A stretch of DNA of 64,000 nucleotides from Escherichia phage mogra, in the sequence record MN850579.1. One strand, written 5' to 3'. The notes below the pieces were generated by a model. The model was not told the origin of the DNA, did no database searches, and saw only the letters and a list, made by a program, of their open reading frames with translations. Position 1 is the stretch's first letter, and each line of letters begins with the position of its first letter. Below, one piece after another: positions 1 through 12,303 of the stretch. The position numbers and the translations under genes are program-made.

Positions 1-1
1 A

Positions 2-232
2 GCTTGTTATGTTACATTAAATCGTGTCAATAATGTTATTTCTAAGATTGGGACTGTAACGCCAAAAGATTTTGGCAAAGTGATGGGATTGACTGTTCAA
101 GATATTCTGGAAGAAACTTCTCGTGAAGGTATTGTATTAACATCATCTGATAATCCGAATCTTGTTAAGAAAGAATTAGTCCGAATGGTGCAAGATGTTC
201 TGCGTCCTGCATGGATTGAATTAGTATCATAA
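2..232 (+). CDS. rnlB: 3' end of an RNA ligase 2 (RnlB)-like gene; 5' part outside window
   Basis: Open frame from window edge to TAA at 230-232 (...KELVRMVQDVLRPAWIELVS*); convergent with gene 24 as in T4 gene order; assignment from memory. Confidence 0.45.
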   Translation, partial: ACYVTLNRVNNVISKIGTVTPKDFGKVMGLTVQDILEETSREGIVLTSSDNPNLVKKELVRMVQDVLRPAWIELVS

Positions 233-266
233 CAAAAAAAAAGGGACCTTACGGTCCCTTTTTTTT
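233..266. terminator. Bidirectional rho-independent terminator between convergent rnlB-like gene and gene 24
   Basis: A9 run, GGGACC-TTAC-GGTCCC hairpin, T8 run; works on both strands. Confidence 0.8.
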
Positions 267-268
267 GT

Positions 269-1552
269 TTATTCATCTATAATAATTTTAGGCAATTTAA
301 CACCGAGTAAAACAGACAAGTCTGAACGTCCTGCCATTTTATCCATGTCCCCGCCATCAATTACTCTCGCTTCTTTTTCATCTTTTGCTACTGTATAAGG
401 ATTTGCTGATAAAGCATATCTAACCAATAAACCTATAGACGGTTGTAAGCTTTCCGGATCAACTACAACTTTAAATGCACCGACATGTTCCGGGTCGTCT
501 AAATCCATTCCTTCAGTGTATGGAGCATAAAAGATGGACCCTACAATCTCTTTTTCGCCGATATTTTCTACAACACCCACAATAACATAATCTAACGGAC
601 TGTTGGTATCGCAGTAAAGAGGTAATCCATTTGCCAAGAATCCATAAGCATTTTGTGAAAGGTACTTATCATCTTCCGGCTTATGTTTTAACCAACCCGA
701 AGCAGCAAGAATAGCAGCCGCACGAGCTGAAGCTACGCAAAACGTTGCAGTATAAGTTGACTCTTTTTGAATGTGTGATACCATTTCACACACCATTCGA
801 TATAACGAACGACCTGCTTCCGGAGCAGACGCATAACTCAAGTCAATAAATCCGGTGTCAGTAATTCCAGTAACTTTATAACGTTTCGATACGGTAATTA
901 AAGACTGAAGAATATCTTTATTAATTTCATCAGCCATTTCAGTAGCAAGCAAATCTTCTAAGAAGTTAGGGGCATCAAATCCATTCGCTTCCAAATCTTG
1001 CGCTAATTCAACCGTGAGGCCGGTTTTAAGTTTACGAGATTTGACTGAAGTTTGCCATTTATTAATCTGGAATCTTGCATCAGAAATTTCGCTACCAGAG
1101 CTTTCAAATTTGCTTGTTACCGCTGCATCTGAAAATAACCGTACCTTTAAATGAACGACCGCAATCTGAAGAGCTAATTCTAGATCACTTTCCTGAATAT
1201 CTGCAAACGGTGTATCTTCTAACACTTTATAGACTATATTATTATATTTGAAAAAATCACCTTTATTTAGTGTGGCTTTTGATTCTTCTGTGAGCTCGGT
1301 AATTTTTTCTCGGTCTACATATCCAGCTTCACCTGCATAAGTAGCACCAGTTTTAAATGTTAATTCGTTGTCTGGGTTAAGATATTTAATACCATAAAAA
1401 GCAGCAACAGGTTGATTAGTTCTTTGTGTTGCCACAATGTCAGAATATATTAATTTAGTCGTAGCGCGAGTCAAAGCAACGAGATTTGGGCGACCGATTG
1501 AGTTGCTAGTAGACGTTGTAGATTCACGCAATAATTTTTGGATTTTACTCAT
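269..1552 (-). CDS. 24: gp24 head vertex protein
   Basis: 427 aa ORF; sequence near-identical to T4 gp24 as remembered (MSKIQKLLRESTT...KLPKIIIDE). Confidence 0.95.
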   Translation of the reverse strand: MSKIQKLLRESTTSTSNSIGRPNLVALTRATTKLIYSDIVATQRTNQPVAAFYGIKYLNPDNELTFKTGATYAGEAGYVDREKITELTEESKATLNKGDFFKYNNIVYKVLEDTPFADIQESDLELALQIAVVHLKVRLFSDAAVTSKFESSGSEISDARFQINKWQTSVKSRKLKTGLTVELAQDLEANGFDAPNFLEDLLATEMADEINKDILQSLITVSKRYKVTGITDTGFIDLSYASAPEAGRSLYRMVCEMVSHIQKESTYTATFCVASARAAAILAASGWLKHKPEDDKYLSQNAYGFLANGLPLYCDTNSPLDYVIVGVVENIGEKEIVGSIFYAPYTEGMDLDDPEHVGAFKVVVDPESLQPSIGLLVRYALSANPYTVAKDEKEARVIDGGDMDKMAGRSDLSVLLGVKLPKIIIDE

Positions 1553-1578
1553 TGCATTTTTCCTTATGTGATATAGAT

Positions 1579-1586
1579 TATTTATA
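1579..1586 (-). promoter_or_regulatory. T4-type late promoter (TATAAATA) for gene 24
   Basis: TATAAATA on minus strand about 27 nt upstream of gene 24 ATG. Confidence 0.7.
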
Positions 1587-1592
1587 AAGATT

Positions 1593-1652
1593 GTTTACAA
1601 CGTATTTGGTATGTGATACTATAGACTTATCAACTACAGAGGAGTAAACAAA
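1593..1652 (+). promoter_or_regulatory. Early sigma70-type promoter cassette (PeSL-like) inside the 23/24 intergenic region
   Basis: GTTTAC -35, about 17-bp spacer, TGnTACTAT -10, GAGGAG SD; 1613-1658 identical to 38451-38496. Confidence 0.6.
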
Positions 1653-1769
1653 ATGACTAAAGCACGTTTCTTACGAGATACTTTAAAAGTTCTGGAAGCT
1701 GAAGCAGTTAAGTTAGTAGAAAATATGGTGCAAAAGTTAATGGTAATGCCTTCAACAAAGTATGGATGA
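1653..1769 (+). CDS. Small hypothetical protein (38 aa) driven by the early promoter cassette
   Basis: ATG 9 nt after GAGGAG SD; MTKARFLRDTLKVLEAEAVKLVENMVQKLMVMPSTKYG; below ORF-track size cutoff. Confidence 0.4.
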   Translation: MTKARFLRDTLKVLEAEAVKLVENMVQKLMVMPSTKYG

Positions 1770-1921
1770 AAGTTGATTCTGAAGCTCGAGCTAAAGGTTA
1801 TTGGGCCACTGATAAACTTGCATCATTCAAAAACAAAGACGGTTCTCCGGCATATGTCCAAGAAGGTATGCCTAATTGGCAAAATATTTTGAAAACTTAC
1901 ATCGAAATTGCACAGAAATAA
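1766..1921 (+). CDS. Small hypothetical protein (51 aa), ATGA-overlapped with the preceding small ORF
   Basis: ATG overlaps upstream TGA (ATGA coupling); MKVDSEARAKGYWATDKLASFKNKDGSPAYVQEGMPNWQNILKTYIEIAQK. Confidence 0.35.
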   Translation: MKVDSEARAKGYWATDKLASFKNKDGSPAYVQEGMPNWQNILKTYIEIAQK

Positions 1922-1949
1922 AACCAAAAATGGGAGACCGAAGTCTCCC
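1922..1949 (-). terminator. Rho-independent terminator downstream of gene 23
   Basis: Minus strand: GGGAGAC-TTCG-GTCTCCC hairpin followed by T-run, right after gp23 stop. Confidence 0.75.
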
Positions 1950-1973
1950 AAAATAAGATTTAATCAATTAAGA

Positions 1974-3542
1974 TTAGATGCCTTTTACATATACACGGCG
2001 GAAGTAAGCGTTCTTACCAAGGCTGTTCAGGATAGACGGCATACCGGACTGGATGCGAGCACCTGGAGCCTGCAGGGAACTTTCAGCAAACGGGTTAACA
2101 CCGATACCGTAACGAGTTTTAAAGCCCATTACCGGCTGGAAGTTCTTAGGATCGGAACCACGCAGTGGGGTAAGTGCAACGTAAGGAGCATAGTAAATAC
2201 CTGCATCCATTTCGTTAGCGCCTTTGTAACCAACGGTGAAGTAATCCTGTTTAGCATACTGGTCGATGTATACGCGGTATTTACCACCAAGTACACCGGC
2301 AAATACAGACTTAGTAGTGTCGGTATTAAAACCGGAAGCCAGACCCTGTGCAGCGTAAGAAATACCAGTATCAACTGAAGCCAGTACGTTAACTACGTTA
2401 CGGGAAGCGATAATGAAGTTACCTTCACCACGACCGGTTTGACGAGCAATTTCAACTGCTTCTTTATCAATCTGGAACAACAGAGATTTAAAGCTTTCAC
2501 CGGCCCAACGAGCACCACGGATATCAATCGGGTCCTGGAAGTCAAATACACCAGCTTTAGAACCTGGAGTCAGGGTCATACCAGATTTACCAACCTGTGC
2601 TGAGTAGTTAATCCAATCAACAACTTCACGGTTGATTTCTAGCATAATTTCTGTAGCCAGAATACCGCTCAGTTCAGCATCAGCATCCATACCGTGTACT
2701 GCACGGAGGTCTTGTGCTAATTCGATAGAGTAAGCAGCTTTCAGCTGGCGAGATTTAGCTTCGATAACTTGTTTATCGATACGGAAGCCCATTTCATTCC
2801 ATGGGTTATCGGTAGAACCGTTGAAACCTTCCTGAAGTTCAGCGATAGAAGTAGCCATACCTTCAGCGATTTCTACCAGTGCACCAGCTTCCATTTGTTT
2901 CTTAACTTCTGCATCTAATTTAGCTGCATCAGTTGCACCAGAATCAAGTGTTACGACAGCAGAAGCTTGCAGATATACAGTACCAGTTTCTTGGAAGAAG
3001 TGAGTATAGATATCACCTACAACAGTAGTAGTGTCAGCAGCCAGAGCTGGGAATTTCTTAGCAGCACCCTGACCAGAGAACATCGCGTCTGGGGCATACA
3101 TCGGATGGAAAGCTTCTTTAGCGCCAGCAGCGATAGGGTCTTTACCATATACTGCACGGAGAGCAAATACCTGGCCGGTCGGGCTGTTCATAGGCTGAAC
3201 ACCACAAATATCAAAAGCGATCAGATTAGGAATAGCACGACGAACCATACCCATAACTGCCGGCCCAATTTGGGTTACTGCACCAGAGGTTTGACCTGCT
3301 GCGATGTTCTGAGCATTATAACCATGGTCACCACCAATTTCAGCTTCGGTCAAGAAAGAACCAAATGCCTGAGCGATTTTCTCGTCTTTATATTCAGGGG
3401 ATACTTCGAAATCTTTTTCCTGGTTTTCGAAGATTTTAGCGATAATAGCCTGCTTGCTATTAGCGATTTCCGGCAGGCCTTCACCTTCCAGCAGTTCTTT
3501 CCATTTGTCTACGAGCTGAGCTTTAGTTTTGATAGTAGTCAT
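1974..3542 (-). CDS. 23: gp23 major capsid protein
   Basis: 522 aa; near-identical to T4 gp23 (MTTIKTKAQLVDKWKELLEGEGLPEIANSKQ...RRVYVKGI). Confidence 0.98.
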   Translation of the reverse strand: MTTIKTKAQLVDKWKELLEGEGLPEIANSKQAIIAKIFENQEKDFEVSPEYKDEKIAQAFGSFLTEAEIGGDHGYNAQNIAAGQTSGAVTQIGPAVMGMVRRAIPNLIAFDICGVQPMNSPTGQVFALRAVYGKDPIAAGAKEAFHPMYAPDAMFSGQGAAKKFPALAADTTTVVGDIYTHFFQETGTVYLQASAVVTLDSGATDAAKLDAEVKKQMEAGALVEIAEGMATSIAELQEGFNGSTDNPWNEMGFRIDKQVIEAKSRQLKAAYSIELAQDLRAVHGMDADAELSGILATEIMLEINREVVDWINYSAQVGKSGMTLTPGSKAGVFDFQDPIDIRGARWAGESFKSLLFQIDKEAVEIARQTGRGEGNFIIASRNVVNVLASVDTGISYAAQGLASGFNTDTTKSVFAGVLGGKYRVYIDQYAKQDYFTVGYKGANEMDAGIYYAPYVALTPLRGSDPKNFQPVMGFKTRYGIGVNPFAESSLQAPGARIQSGMPSILNSLGKNAYFRRVYVKGI

Positions 3543-3559
3543 TTGTGTTAACCTTTAAA

Positions 3560-4372
3560 TTAGAAACGAGATGCGACTTTCGCATATAAACTTACATTAG
3601 AATTCTGTTCTACCTGAGTTGTGGTAGTGTCAACTGCTTCGGCAACAAAATTAAGACCGGCAGCGTCATTGTCAACTGTATTTATACTTTCGGTAATAGC
3701 GGCTTCTTCTTTAGTAGAACCTTTAACCATTTCTACAATAGCAGTTAACTTAGTACCAAATGCGTCAGAATAATCCATACCTTCAACCAGGCCAATAACT
3801 TTTTCTTTCTGAGATTCAGTCAGGTCTTTTACGCTTTCATTAATAGCGGTTTCACGCTGAACGTAATTGATATATGCATCACGTTTGGTAACTTCTTCGA
3901 ACAAACGAGCGGTTTCTTCTTTATGTTCGGCCAGCTCTTCTTCCATTTCTGCTACAACATCTACAGATTCTTCTGGAACAACAACGTTATGTTCAACAAA
4001 CAGTTCTTTCAGACCACCAAGCATGGATTCGAACAAATCAGCTTTAATGCCTTTATCAACTGCGATTTGGTTTTCTGCGAGCCATTCTTTTGCAAGATGG
4101 TCTAGGAATTTAGAAGCTTGTTCAGCCAATTTTTTATCAGCTTTCTCTTCAGCATCTTCTTTAGCCTTTTCAACTTCTTCTTCGGCTTTTTCGGCGATAG
4201 CTTTGATATGAGATTCAGCTAGTTTGACTGCTTCCTGCTTAACGGTGGCTTCGAATACAGTGCTGAAATTAGCTTTAACGTCCGGAGACAGTTCTACTGA
4301 TTCGAAAACACTATTAAGAGCAACTGAAGTCTCGATATTCTGAGCTTCTTTCAAAAGTTGTTCTTTGATCAT
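3560..4372 (-). CDS. 22: gp22 prohead core scaffold protein
   Basis: 270 aa acidic coiled-coil ORF in T4 position upstream of gene 23. Confidence 0.9.
   Translation of the reverse strand: MIKEQLLKEAQNIETSVALNSVFESVELSPDVKANFSTVFEATVKQEAVKLAESHIKAIAEKAEEEVEKAKEDAEEKADKKLAEQASKFLDHLAKEWLAENQIAVDKGIKADLFESMLGGLKELFVEHNVVVPEESVDVVAEMEEELAEHKEETARLFEEVTKRDAYINYVQRETAINESVKDLTESQKEKVIGLVEGMDYSDAFGTKLTAIVEMVKGSTKEEAAITESINTVDNDAAGLNFVAEAVDTTTTQVEQNSNVSLYAKVASRF
3679..3686 (-). promoter_or_regulatory. Late promoter-like TATAAATA inside 3' end of gene 22 (candidate P23)
   Basis: Exact TATAAATA on minus strand 137 nt upstream of gene 23 ATG. Confidence 0.4.
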
Positions 4373-4402
4373 TTTAGTGTCCTGTGGTTTAGATTACATT
4401 AT

Positions 4403-4410
4403 TATTTATA
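4403..4410 (-). promoter_or_regulatory. Late promoter (TATAAATA) for gene 22
   Basis: TATAAATA on minus strand about 31 nt upstream of gene 22 ATG, overlapping gene 21 stop. Confidence 0.65.
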
Positions 4411-5047
4411 ATGCTTTTAAGCTCTCTGCGAGAGCTTTAAATGCTTCATCAGCACTGTTTTTGGTGATTTCCACCGAATTTTCTGATTCTGATATTTGTT
4501 TAGGAGTAACCCAAGCATCTGGAGCAGAAGGTCCCCATACGGCATCTACGCCGACGGTTAATTTAAATCCTTCGTTCACGATACGGTACCCTTTATTGGT
4601 GTCGGTTAAAGAACCAAGACCACGAGAGGAAACACCTGGAATCCAACCAGCTCGTATATTAGCAGCTAATTTATCACCGGGACCATGGTCGCCTTCAATA
4701 ATTCTAGCACGTCCATATACATCGTTTCCTTTCCACCACATATCTTCAATAATGATAGCGGCTTGCATAGGGTCAACATTTGCGCGAGGTGGATGGTTTA
4801 ATTCTCCAAGGGCTTGTTTGGTTGCGACTTGTTCTTTAATATAGTCACTTACTGCTTTTTCCAAAACGCGTTTAGGATATAAACGTTTATTTCGGTTAAC
4901 AACCTCTGCCTGAAGAAAAATACCTTCTATATAAAGCCCTGGTTTTAAGCCAGAATCTTTTCCATCATGAGATTCCAACATTGGAACGCCATCAATAATC
5001 TCACCGGGTTGACCCCAAGTTTCAATAAGTAACTCGGGTTTATTCAT
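4406..5047 (-). CDS. 21: gp21 prohead protease
   Basis: 213 aa; matches T4 gp21 ([31 protein letters not shown]...). Confidence 0.93.
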   Translation of the reverse strand: MNKPELLIETWGQPGEIIDGVPMLESHDGKDSGLKPGLYIEGIFLQAEVVNRNKRLYPKRVLEKAVSDYIKEQVATKQALGELNHPPRANVDPMQAAIIIEDMWWKGNDVYGRARIIEGDHGPGDKLAANIRAGWIPGVSSRGLGSLTDTNKGYRIVNEGFKLTVGVDAVWGPSAPDAWVTPKQISESENSVEITKNSADEAFKALAESLKAL

Positions 5048-5472
5048 TAGCTTAATCCTAATGCTTTACGACGTTTAAGAGCTTTTTTACGCTTACGTAA
5101 GCCTTTAACTTGGCCTGAAGGGTTAGCTTTTTTAGCTTTAACGACCTTACGAGCGATTTGTCTACGTTTTGCTTTAGAAAGACCAGTGGTTTGGAACGCG
5201 TTACGTTCACGAGTTTTACGGTCTTTAGTGCGGGTGACTTCACCGCGAGAAGAAACATGTTTAACGATAAACTCATTTAACTGTTCTTCATTAATAATGG
5301 AAGCCATTGCAACAGCTAAATCCGTTTCAGTTTCAAGCATGTTCTCGATAATAGTATTTATATCGTCAATATCGAGAGCAGAAGACAATGCATCGATTCG
5401 GCCCTGTGCTTCAGGAATAAGTGCTTCGACATTTTCGAGTACCAATTCATAAGATTCAGGGATAAGATACAT
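5047..5472 (-). CDS. 68: gp68 prohead core protein
   Basis: 141 aa, basic C-terminus, between gene 67 and gene 21 as in T4. Confidence 0.85.
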   Translation of the reverse strand: MYLIPESYELVLENVEALIPEAQGRIDALSSALDIDDINTIIENMLETETDLAVAMASIINEEQLNEFIVKHVSSRGEVTRTKDRKTRERNAFQTTGLSKAKRRQIARKVVKAKKANPSGQVKGLRKRKKALKRRKALGLS

Positions 5473-5708
5473 TATTCATCGTCCTCATCATCTTCGTCTT
5501 CGTCGTCATCGCCTTCATCAGCGTCGTCTTCCGAAGCTTTAGCTTTCTTTTCTTCTTCAGGTTCTTCGCCTTCAATCAAAAATTGAGAAGCGATTTCTGC
5601 TTTGCGTGCTTCAATCAAACGAACCGTTTTTTCTGCCATTGCACTTTCAAAAAACTTTCGAGTAGCAACGAGGTCGTTTGATTTAATAGCTTGAATTAAA
5701 TCGTCCAT
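5472..5708 (-). CDS. 67: gp67 prohead core protein
   Basis: 78 aa with poly-acidic C-terminus ([11 protein letters not shown]), T4 position. Confidence 0.85.
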   Translation of the reverse strand: MDDLIQAIKSNDLVATRKFFESAMAEKTVRLIEARKAEIASQFLIEGEEPEEEKKAKASEDDADEGDDDEDEDDEDDE

Positions 5709-7279
5709 TAAAAATCCTCTTGTTCTTGGTCGGGGTCTTGGAAACGAGCCTCTTTCGACTCTTCTTCAATTTGCTTAGCCTCTTGTTCAATTTCCTCATC
5801 AGACATCTGAAGAATATCTTTCATAGCTGTTCTGTGAGAAATATATTTACCAATAAATGGTTCGGCCATCTGAAGCATATTAATGCGACGCTCCAGAATC
5901 TCAGCATCCTTTAATTCCGAGAAATAACTATCCCGATGAAATTTTATCTTAATATTATTTATTTCATCATTCCACTCATCTTCTGTAATAATTCCTTTAA
6001 GAATTAAATTAGTTTTAAGCGGGTCTAGGAATATCTCTTCAAATTTATGTTGCAGCTCACGAATAAATTTACCAAATGACAATTCATCTCGTGTAATAGA
6101 AGTACCAGCATCAAACTGTATACCACCTTGGTCACTTGGAATACGGGTAATAGGAATACGTAAAGCCATATAAAGCGCATTACGGAACCAACGTACATCT
6201 TCCATATTTCCGGTATTATCTGCACCTGGTAATGTGTCAACTTCTGTTACTGCTTTACCATCACGTCGTTGTAACCAATAATCTTCGGTCATCGACATAA
6301 TATGCTGTTGGTTTTTAATCTTGCCTGTAGTAGCATCATATGCAATACGGTTTTTCATCGTATTCATAACATGTTGCATATGTTCTGCTGCTTTTCTTGA
6401 AGGCATATTACCTGTATCAACGTACCATACACGACGATCGGGAGCACGAGTAATACGATAAATTACGACGGCATCTTCAAGAAGTTTTAATTGGTTCGCT
6501 GGCTTAATAGCCCGATGCAAATAACCGATGATATTTTTACCACAACAATCAACTAAACCAGAATGGGCGTAAACAATCGCGGCTTTAGGGATTTTTATTT
6601 TTGTGCCCGCTTCATATATGCGACCATCACAAGCATAAGATTCGTGTGATGTGTCATAAATGAAATATTCTTTATAACCCTTGACTATTTTAACACCGGC
6701 TTCAGTGGTTGTAATAACTTCACGGACATATTGAACTTGACGTGGGTCTAAACGACGAAGCTCTTTAATACCTTCTTTAGGGCGTTTAGGGTCAATAATT
6801 TTATGGAAGAAAATTCGAGAATCTACATACCAACGCCTAAAATGGTCTGAACCTTTACGTTGGAAAGATAAATGATTTAACACTTCGTTAAATTCATCCA
6901 ACATCATTGATTTGATATTTGGACTAAATTTTGTGTTGTCTAAATTTATAGAAACGACTTCTGTATCATCTTCATACACGATAGCATCGGAAACTATTTC
7001 AGAGACTGCATTATCCACTTCATAGTTCGTCATCAAATTTCGATACGTATCGATTAATTCACGGGTTGATTTGAGCCCTGGTTCTTGACTACCGAACATT
7101 CTCTGAAACATAGCATTATATGTTTGCTGTGCTTCATTTTCAGATACTTCGTATTCTTTAGCGCCGTCATCTAATTTTGGTGCGGTGATAGATTCTAAAT
7201 TTTCTTTTTCTTGGTCTTTGTAATCACGTTCGTCCATTTTTGCCCATGGAGCAAACAAACTTAAGATATTAAATTTCAT
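5708..7279 (-). CDS. 20: gp20 portal vertex protein
   Basis: 523 aa; T4 gp20-like sequence and position. Confidence 0.95.
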   Translation of the reverse strand: MKFNILSLFAPWAKMDERDYKDQEKENLESITAPKLDDGAKEYEVSENEAQQTYNAMFQRMFGSQEPGLKSTRELIDTYRNLMTNYEVDNAVSEIVSDAIVYEDDTEVVSINLDNTKFSPNIKSMMLDEFNEVLNHLSFQRKGSDHFRRWYVDSRIFFHKIIDPKRPKEGIKELRRLDPRQVQYVREVITTTEAGVKIVKGYKEYFIYDTSHESYACDGRIYEAGTKIKIPKAAIVYAHSGLVDCCGKNIIGYLHRAIKPANQLKLLEDAVVIYRITRAPDRRVWYVDTGNMPSRKAAEHMQHVMNTMKNRIAYDATTGKIKNQQHIMSMTEDYWLQRRDGKAVTEVDTLPGADNTGNMEDVRWFRNALYMALRIPITRIPSDQGGIQFDAGTSITRDELSFGKFIRELQHKFEEIFLDPLKTNLILKGIITEDEWNDEINNIKIKFHRDSYFSELKDAEILERRINMLQMAEPFIGKYISHRTAMKDILQMSDEEIEQEAKQIEEESKEARFQDPDQEQEDF

Positions 7280-7307
7280 TGTATTCTCCGAATGGGAATT
7301 ATAGTTA

Positions 7308-7315
7308 TATTTATA
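7308..7315 (-). promoter_or_regulatory. Late promoter (TATAAATA) for gene 20
   Basis: TATAAATA on minus strand 29 nt upstream of gene 20 ATG. Confidence 0.65.
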
Positions 7316-7363
7316 TGGACTTCTCCGTCATCACGGGAAGCTGGGGATTTCTCCCCAACCAGA

Positions 7364-7855
7364 TTATTCCCACCAATCAAGAGCAAGAGTTACTTCGAAC
7401 GTTTCAATCTCGTTATTCGAATCCCAATCAAGAGATACTTCACCAACGTTAGTAGGCCACAAGCCGACAATTTCAACTTCTTTAGTGACCGTTTTAGCAT
7501 CACGAGCAAATTGACGAACGATAGCAGACTTTTTATATTCAGCAGGTTTACCACCGGTAATTTCATTACCTTGTCCTGCTGCAATACCTTGCCAATCAAC
7601 AAATTTCTGACGAATGCTATGAGCATCATCGTTCATTACTGTAATAGTCCAATCATCGAATGTACGATCACCGGCCACGTTAATTTTACGGTTCATATAA
7701 GAAACAGGAACCTTTTCAACAATCGCAGCAGGAAGAGCCGTAGCACGACACTGGAAGCTAAAGTTTTGCCCAAGATAAGAGATTTCTACTTCGAACAGGT
7801 TAGGGCGAGCGAAATCACCTGATTCGAAGGCACGAGTTACGTCATCTACAAACAT
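7364..7855 (-). CDS. 19: gp19 tail tube protein
   Basis: 163 aa, same length as T4 gp19; T4 position. Confidence 0.95.
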   Translation of the reverse strand: MFVDDVTRAFESGDFARPNLFEVEISYLGQNFSFQCRATALPAAIVEKVPVSYMNRKINVAGDRTFDDWTITVMNDDAHSIRQKFVDWQGIAAGQGNEITGGKPAEYKKSAIVRQFARDAKTVTKEVEIVGLWPTNVGEVSLDWDSNNEIETFEVTLALDWWE

Positions 7856-7927
7856 ATTAGCCTCTGTAGTAATATGGGCTTAGGATTAACCTGATGCCCA
7901 TAGAATTAATTTTTAAACGATATAGTA

Positions 7928-7935
7928 TATTTATA
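7928..7935 (-). promoter_or_regulatory. Late promoter (TATAAATA) for gene 19
   Basis: TATAAATA on minus strand in 18/19 intergenic region, flanked by ATGGGC/GCCCAT hairpins. Confidence 0.6.
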
Positions 7936-7967
7936 TGGGCCACCGAAATAGCCCATCAGGCGTCTTA

Positions 7968-9950
7968 TTAACCACCTACAGCACCAATCAGTTCGTCGAA
8001 ATCGGCACCAGTTGCTGTTGCTACAAAGTTCAACGTAATATAATTTATCGAGCGGGCAGGTTGTAAGTAGAAAGTAGCTACAAATTCATTACGGTCGATA
8101 ACTGCCGGGGTGTTATTGGTAGTATCACAAACAACTTTAAAGTTATATACACCACCGAGAGCTTTAATACCCTGTAGATATTGAGAAGTCTCTGTACGGA
8201 AAGAAGAACGGGTAAATGCGTTGTTCAATTCAAACAGGCGATATTTAGATGCTGAACCAATATTCGTTTTAACCATATTGAACAAACGACGAACGTTAAT
8301 ACGGTCAAATGGCGAAGGAACAGAAGTGGCAGTTTTATCACCGTACAGAACATACCCATCACCACCGGTACCAGTAACAGGGTTAATAGCTTCCTGGTAC
8401 AAACGATCACGCTGCGCTTGGCGAGTTTCAATTGCAAGCTTAATAACGTTAAGAATTTGTCCACGGTTATAACCGGCAGGAGACATCCAAGGCTGAGAAA
8501 TATTGTCTGTGCGAGCACAAAGACCAGCAATATCAGCAGCTAATGGAACCCAACGATTCACATCATTATATTTGTCATATTGATATTTATAGTTACCGTC
8601 AATAGCAGCATAAGTAGAACTTACATTAAAGTTATTATCGGTGTAAGTTCCTGACGCAGTACGCCAATCAACCAGATTATCAACTGCACGATTAACAGGA
8701 ATACCGACTATAGTTGCACGTGGCGGTGAGCAAAGAACCAAGCAATCTTGGCGAGAATCACCAATTGCTACAACATGTTTCTGAACTGTAGAAGCAACTT
8801 CTAAAGATTCACCTGCACAAGAACCGGCAATAAACAACTGCGCATTAACAGATTCGCGGTCAGCAAACAAATCCCAAGCTTCCATTAAATCACCAGCGTC
8901 AACGGTTTCATTAGATGATAAGCCGCCGCCCAGTTTGATTACGCCAGAGAAACCTTTTGGCCAACCTTGTGCAGTAGCGAAAATATAATTGCTTGCGCCT
9001 TTAGCAAAGAAATCATCAATAAAGATATTACTACCATAAATATCGCGTTCACCACGTTTAGTAGAAAGAACCACACTCTGGACTACAGCATCGTTACGAC
9101 GAACGATAATTGCATATTGGTCATCAGTTTGTGGGCCATACCCAAAGATTGCTTTAGCAGTAGATGCACGAGTACCACCATCAGGATAAATTTTTAACTG
9201 GGCTGAAGCACCTTTGTCATAGTCTGCTTTAGATACGATTTCAATTTCGAGCTGGTCGCCAAGTTCACCAGGATAAAGAGCAACTACGCCTGGGACACCA
9301 TATTTTTTAATAGATTCTTGGAAAGTTAGAGAAGTAATAGCTTCTTCGGAAGTTTCAACTTCAGTTAACAGAATACCCGAATCGGTTACGATAGAACCAA
9401 TTGTAATAACGCCAGAGAGACCAGAAGAAGAACTGGCAACTTCGGCGGTCCAGTTAGAACCCAATGCCGGATATTCATTAATTTCTTTTGCACGAGCAAT
9501 AATTTTACCGGTTGGGATATAAATGTTAAGAATTTTACCATCGACATCAACTGAAGTGACATAACCATCTGCTTCAACAGTTTCGGTCAAATACTTAACG
9601 ATAATTTTATCACCAACTGCATAGTTACTACCAGCAGCAGAGATTGTGAATTCAATATTGCCTGCTACAGGAGATGAGTTCTTAGCAGTATCACGATCAA
9701 CTGCGCGTACAACACGAAGGTCATTACCATATTGAAGGAAGTTCATAGCAGACATGAAATAATCTGCTGTATCCGTATTAGGAGTACCAAACATATCAAC
9801 TAATGCAACTTCATCAGTGATTTGTTTAATCTGGAATGCAGGTCCCCATTGGAATTTTCCAGCCAGGGCAGCAGTACCAGTGGAGTTATTAACTACAGTA
9901 CTCTGTACGGTAGTTTCTTTGAGCTCAACGCCCGGAGAGAGAAGTGCCAT
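7968..9950 (-). CDS. 18: gp18 tail sheath protein
   Basis: 660 aa; T4 gp18-like sequence and position. Confidence 0.96.
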   Translation of the reverse strand: MALLSPGVELKETTVQSTVVNNSTGTAALAGKFQWGPAFQIKQITDEVALVDMFGTPNTDTADYFMSAMNFLQYGNDLRVVRAVDRDTAKNSSPVAGNIEFTISAAGSNYAVGDKIIVKYLTETVEADGYVTSVDVDGKILNIYIPTGKIIARAKEINEYPALGSNWTAEVASSSSGLSGVITIGSIVTDSGILLTEVETSEEAITSLTFQESIKKYGVPGVVALYPGELGDQLEIEIVSKADYDKGASAQLKIYPDGGTRASTAKAIFGYGPQTDDQYAIIVRRNDAVVQSVVLSTKRGERDIYGSNIFIDDFFAKGASNYIFATAQGWPKGFSGVIKLGGGLSSNETVDAGDLMEAWDLFADRESVNAQLFIAGSCAGESLEVASTVQKHVVAIGDSRQDCLVLCSPPRATIVGIPVNRAVDNLVDWRTASGTYTDNNFNVSSTYAAIDGNYKYQYDKYNDVNRWVPLAADIAGLCARTDNISQPWMSPAGYNRGQILNVIKLAIETRQAQRDRLYQEAINPVTGTGGDGYVLYGDKTATSVPSPFDRINVRRLFNMVKTNIGSASKYRLFELNNAFTRSSFRTETSQYLQGIKALGGVYNFKVVCDTTNNTPAVIDRNEFVATFYLQPARSINYITLNFVATATGADFDELIGAVGG

Positions 9951-9977
9951 TTTAATTCCTCTTAATTTGCTTTATTT

Positions 9978-12303
<2,326 letters not shown>

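Noticed and set aside
1908-2378. 156-aa plus-strand ORF and 81-aa minus-strand ORF (2129-2374) inside gene 23
   Set aside because: Lie antisense or out of frame within the highly conserved major capsid gene; no RBS; chance ORFs
2967-4211. Plus-strand ORFs 2967-3551, 3867-4211 and 3923-4105
   Set aside because: Antisense to gp23/gp22 coding sequence, low-complexity translations
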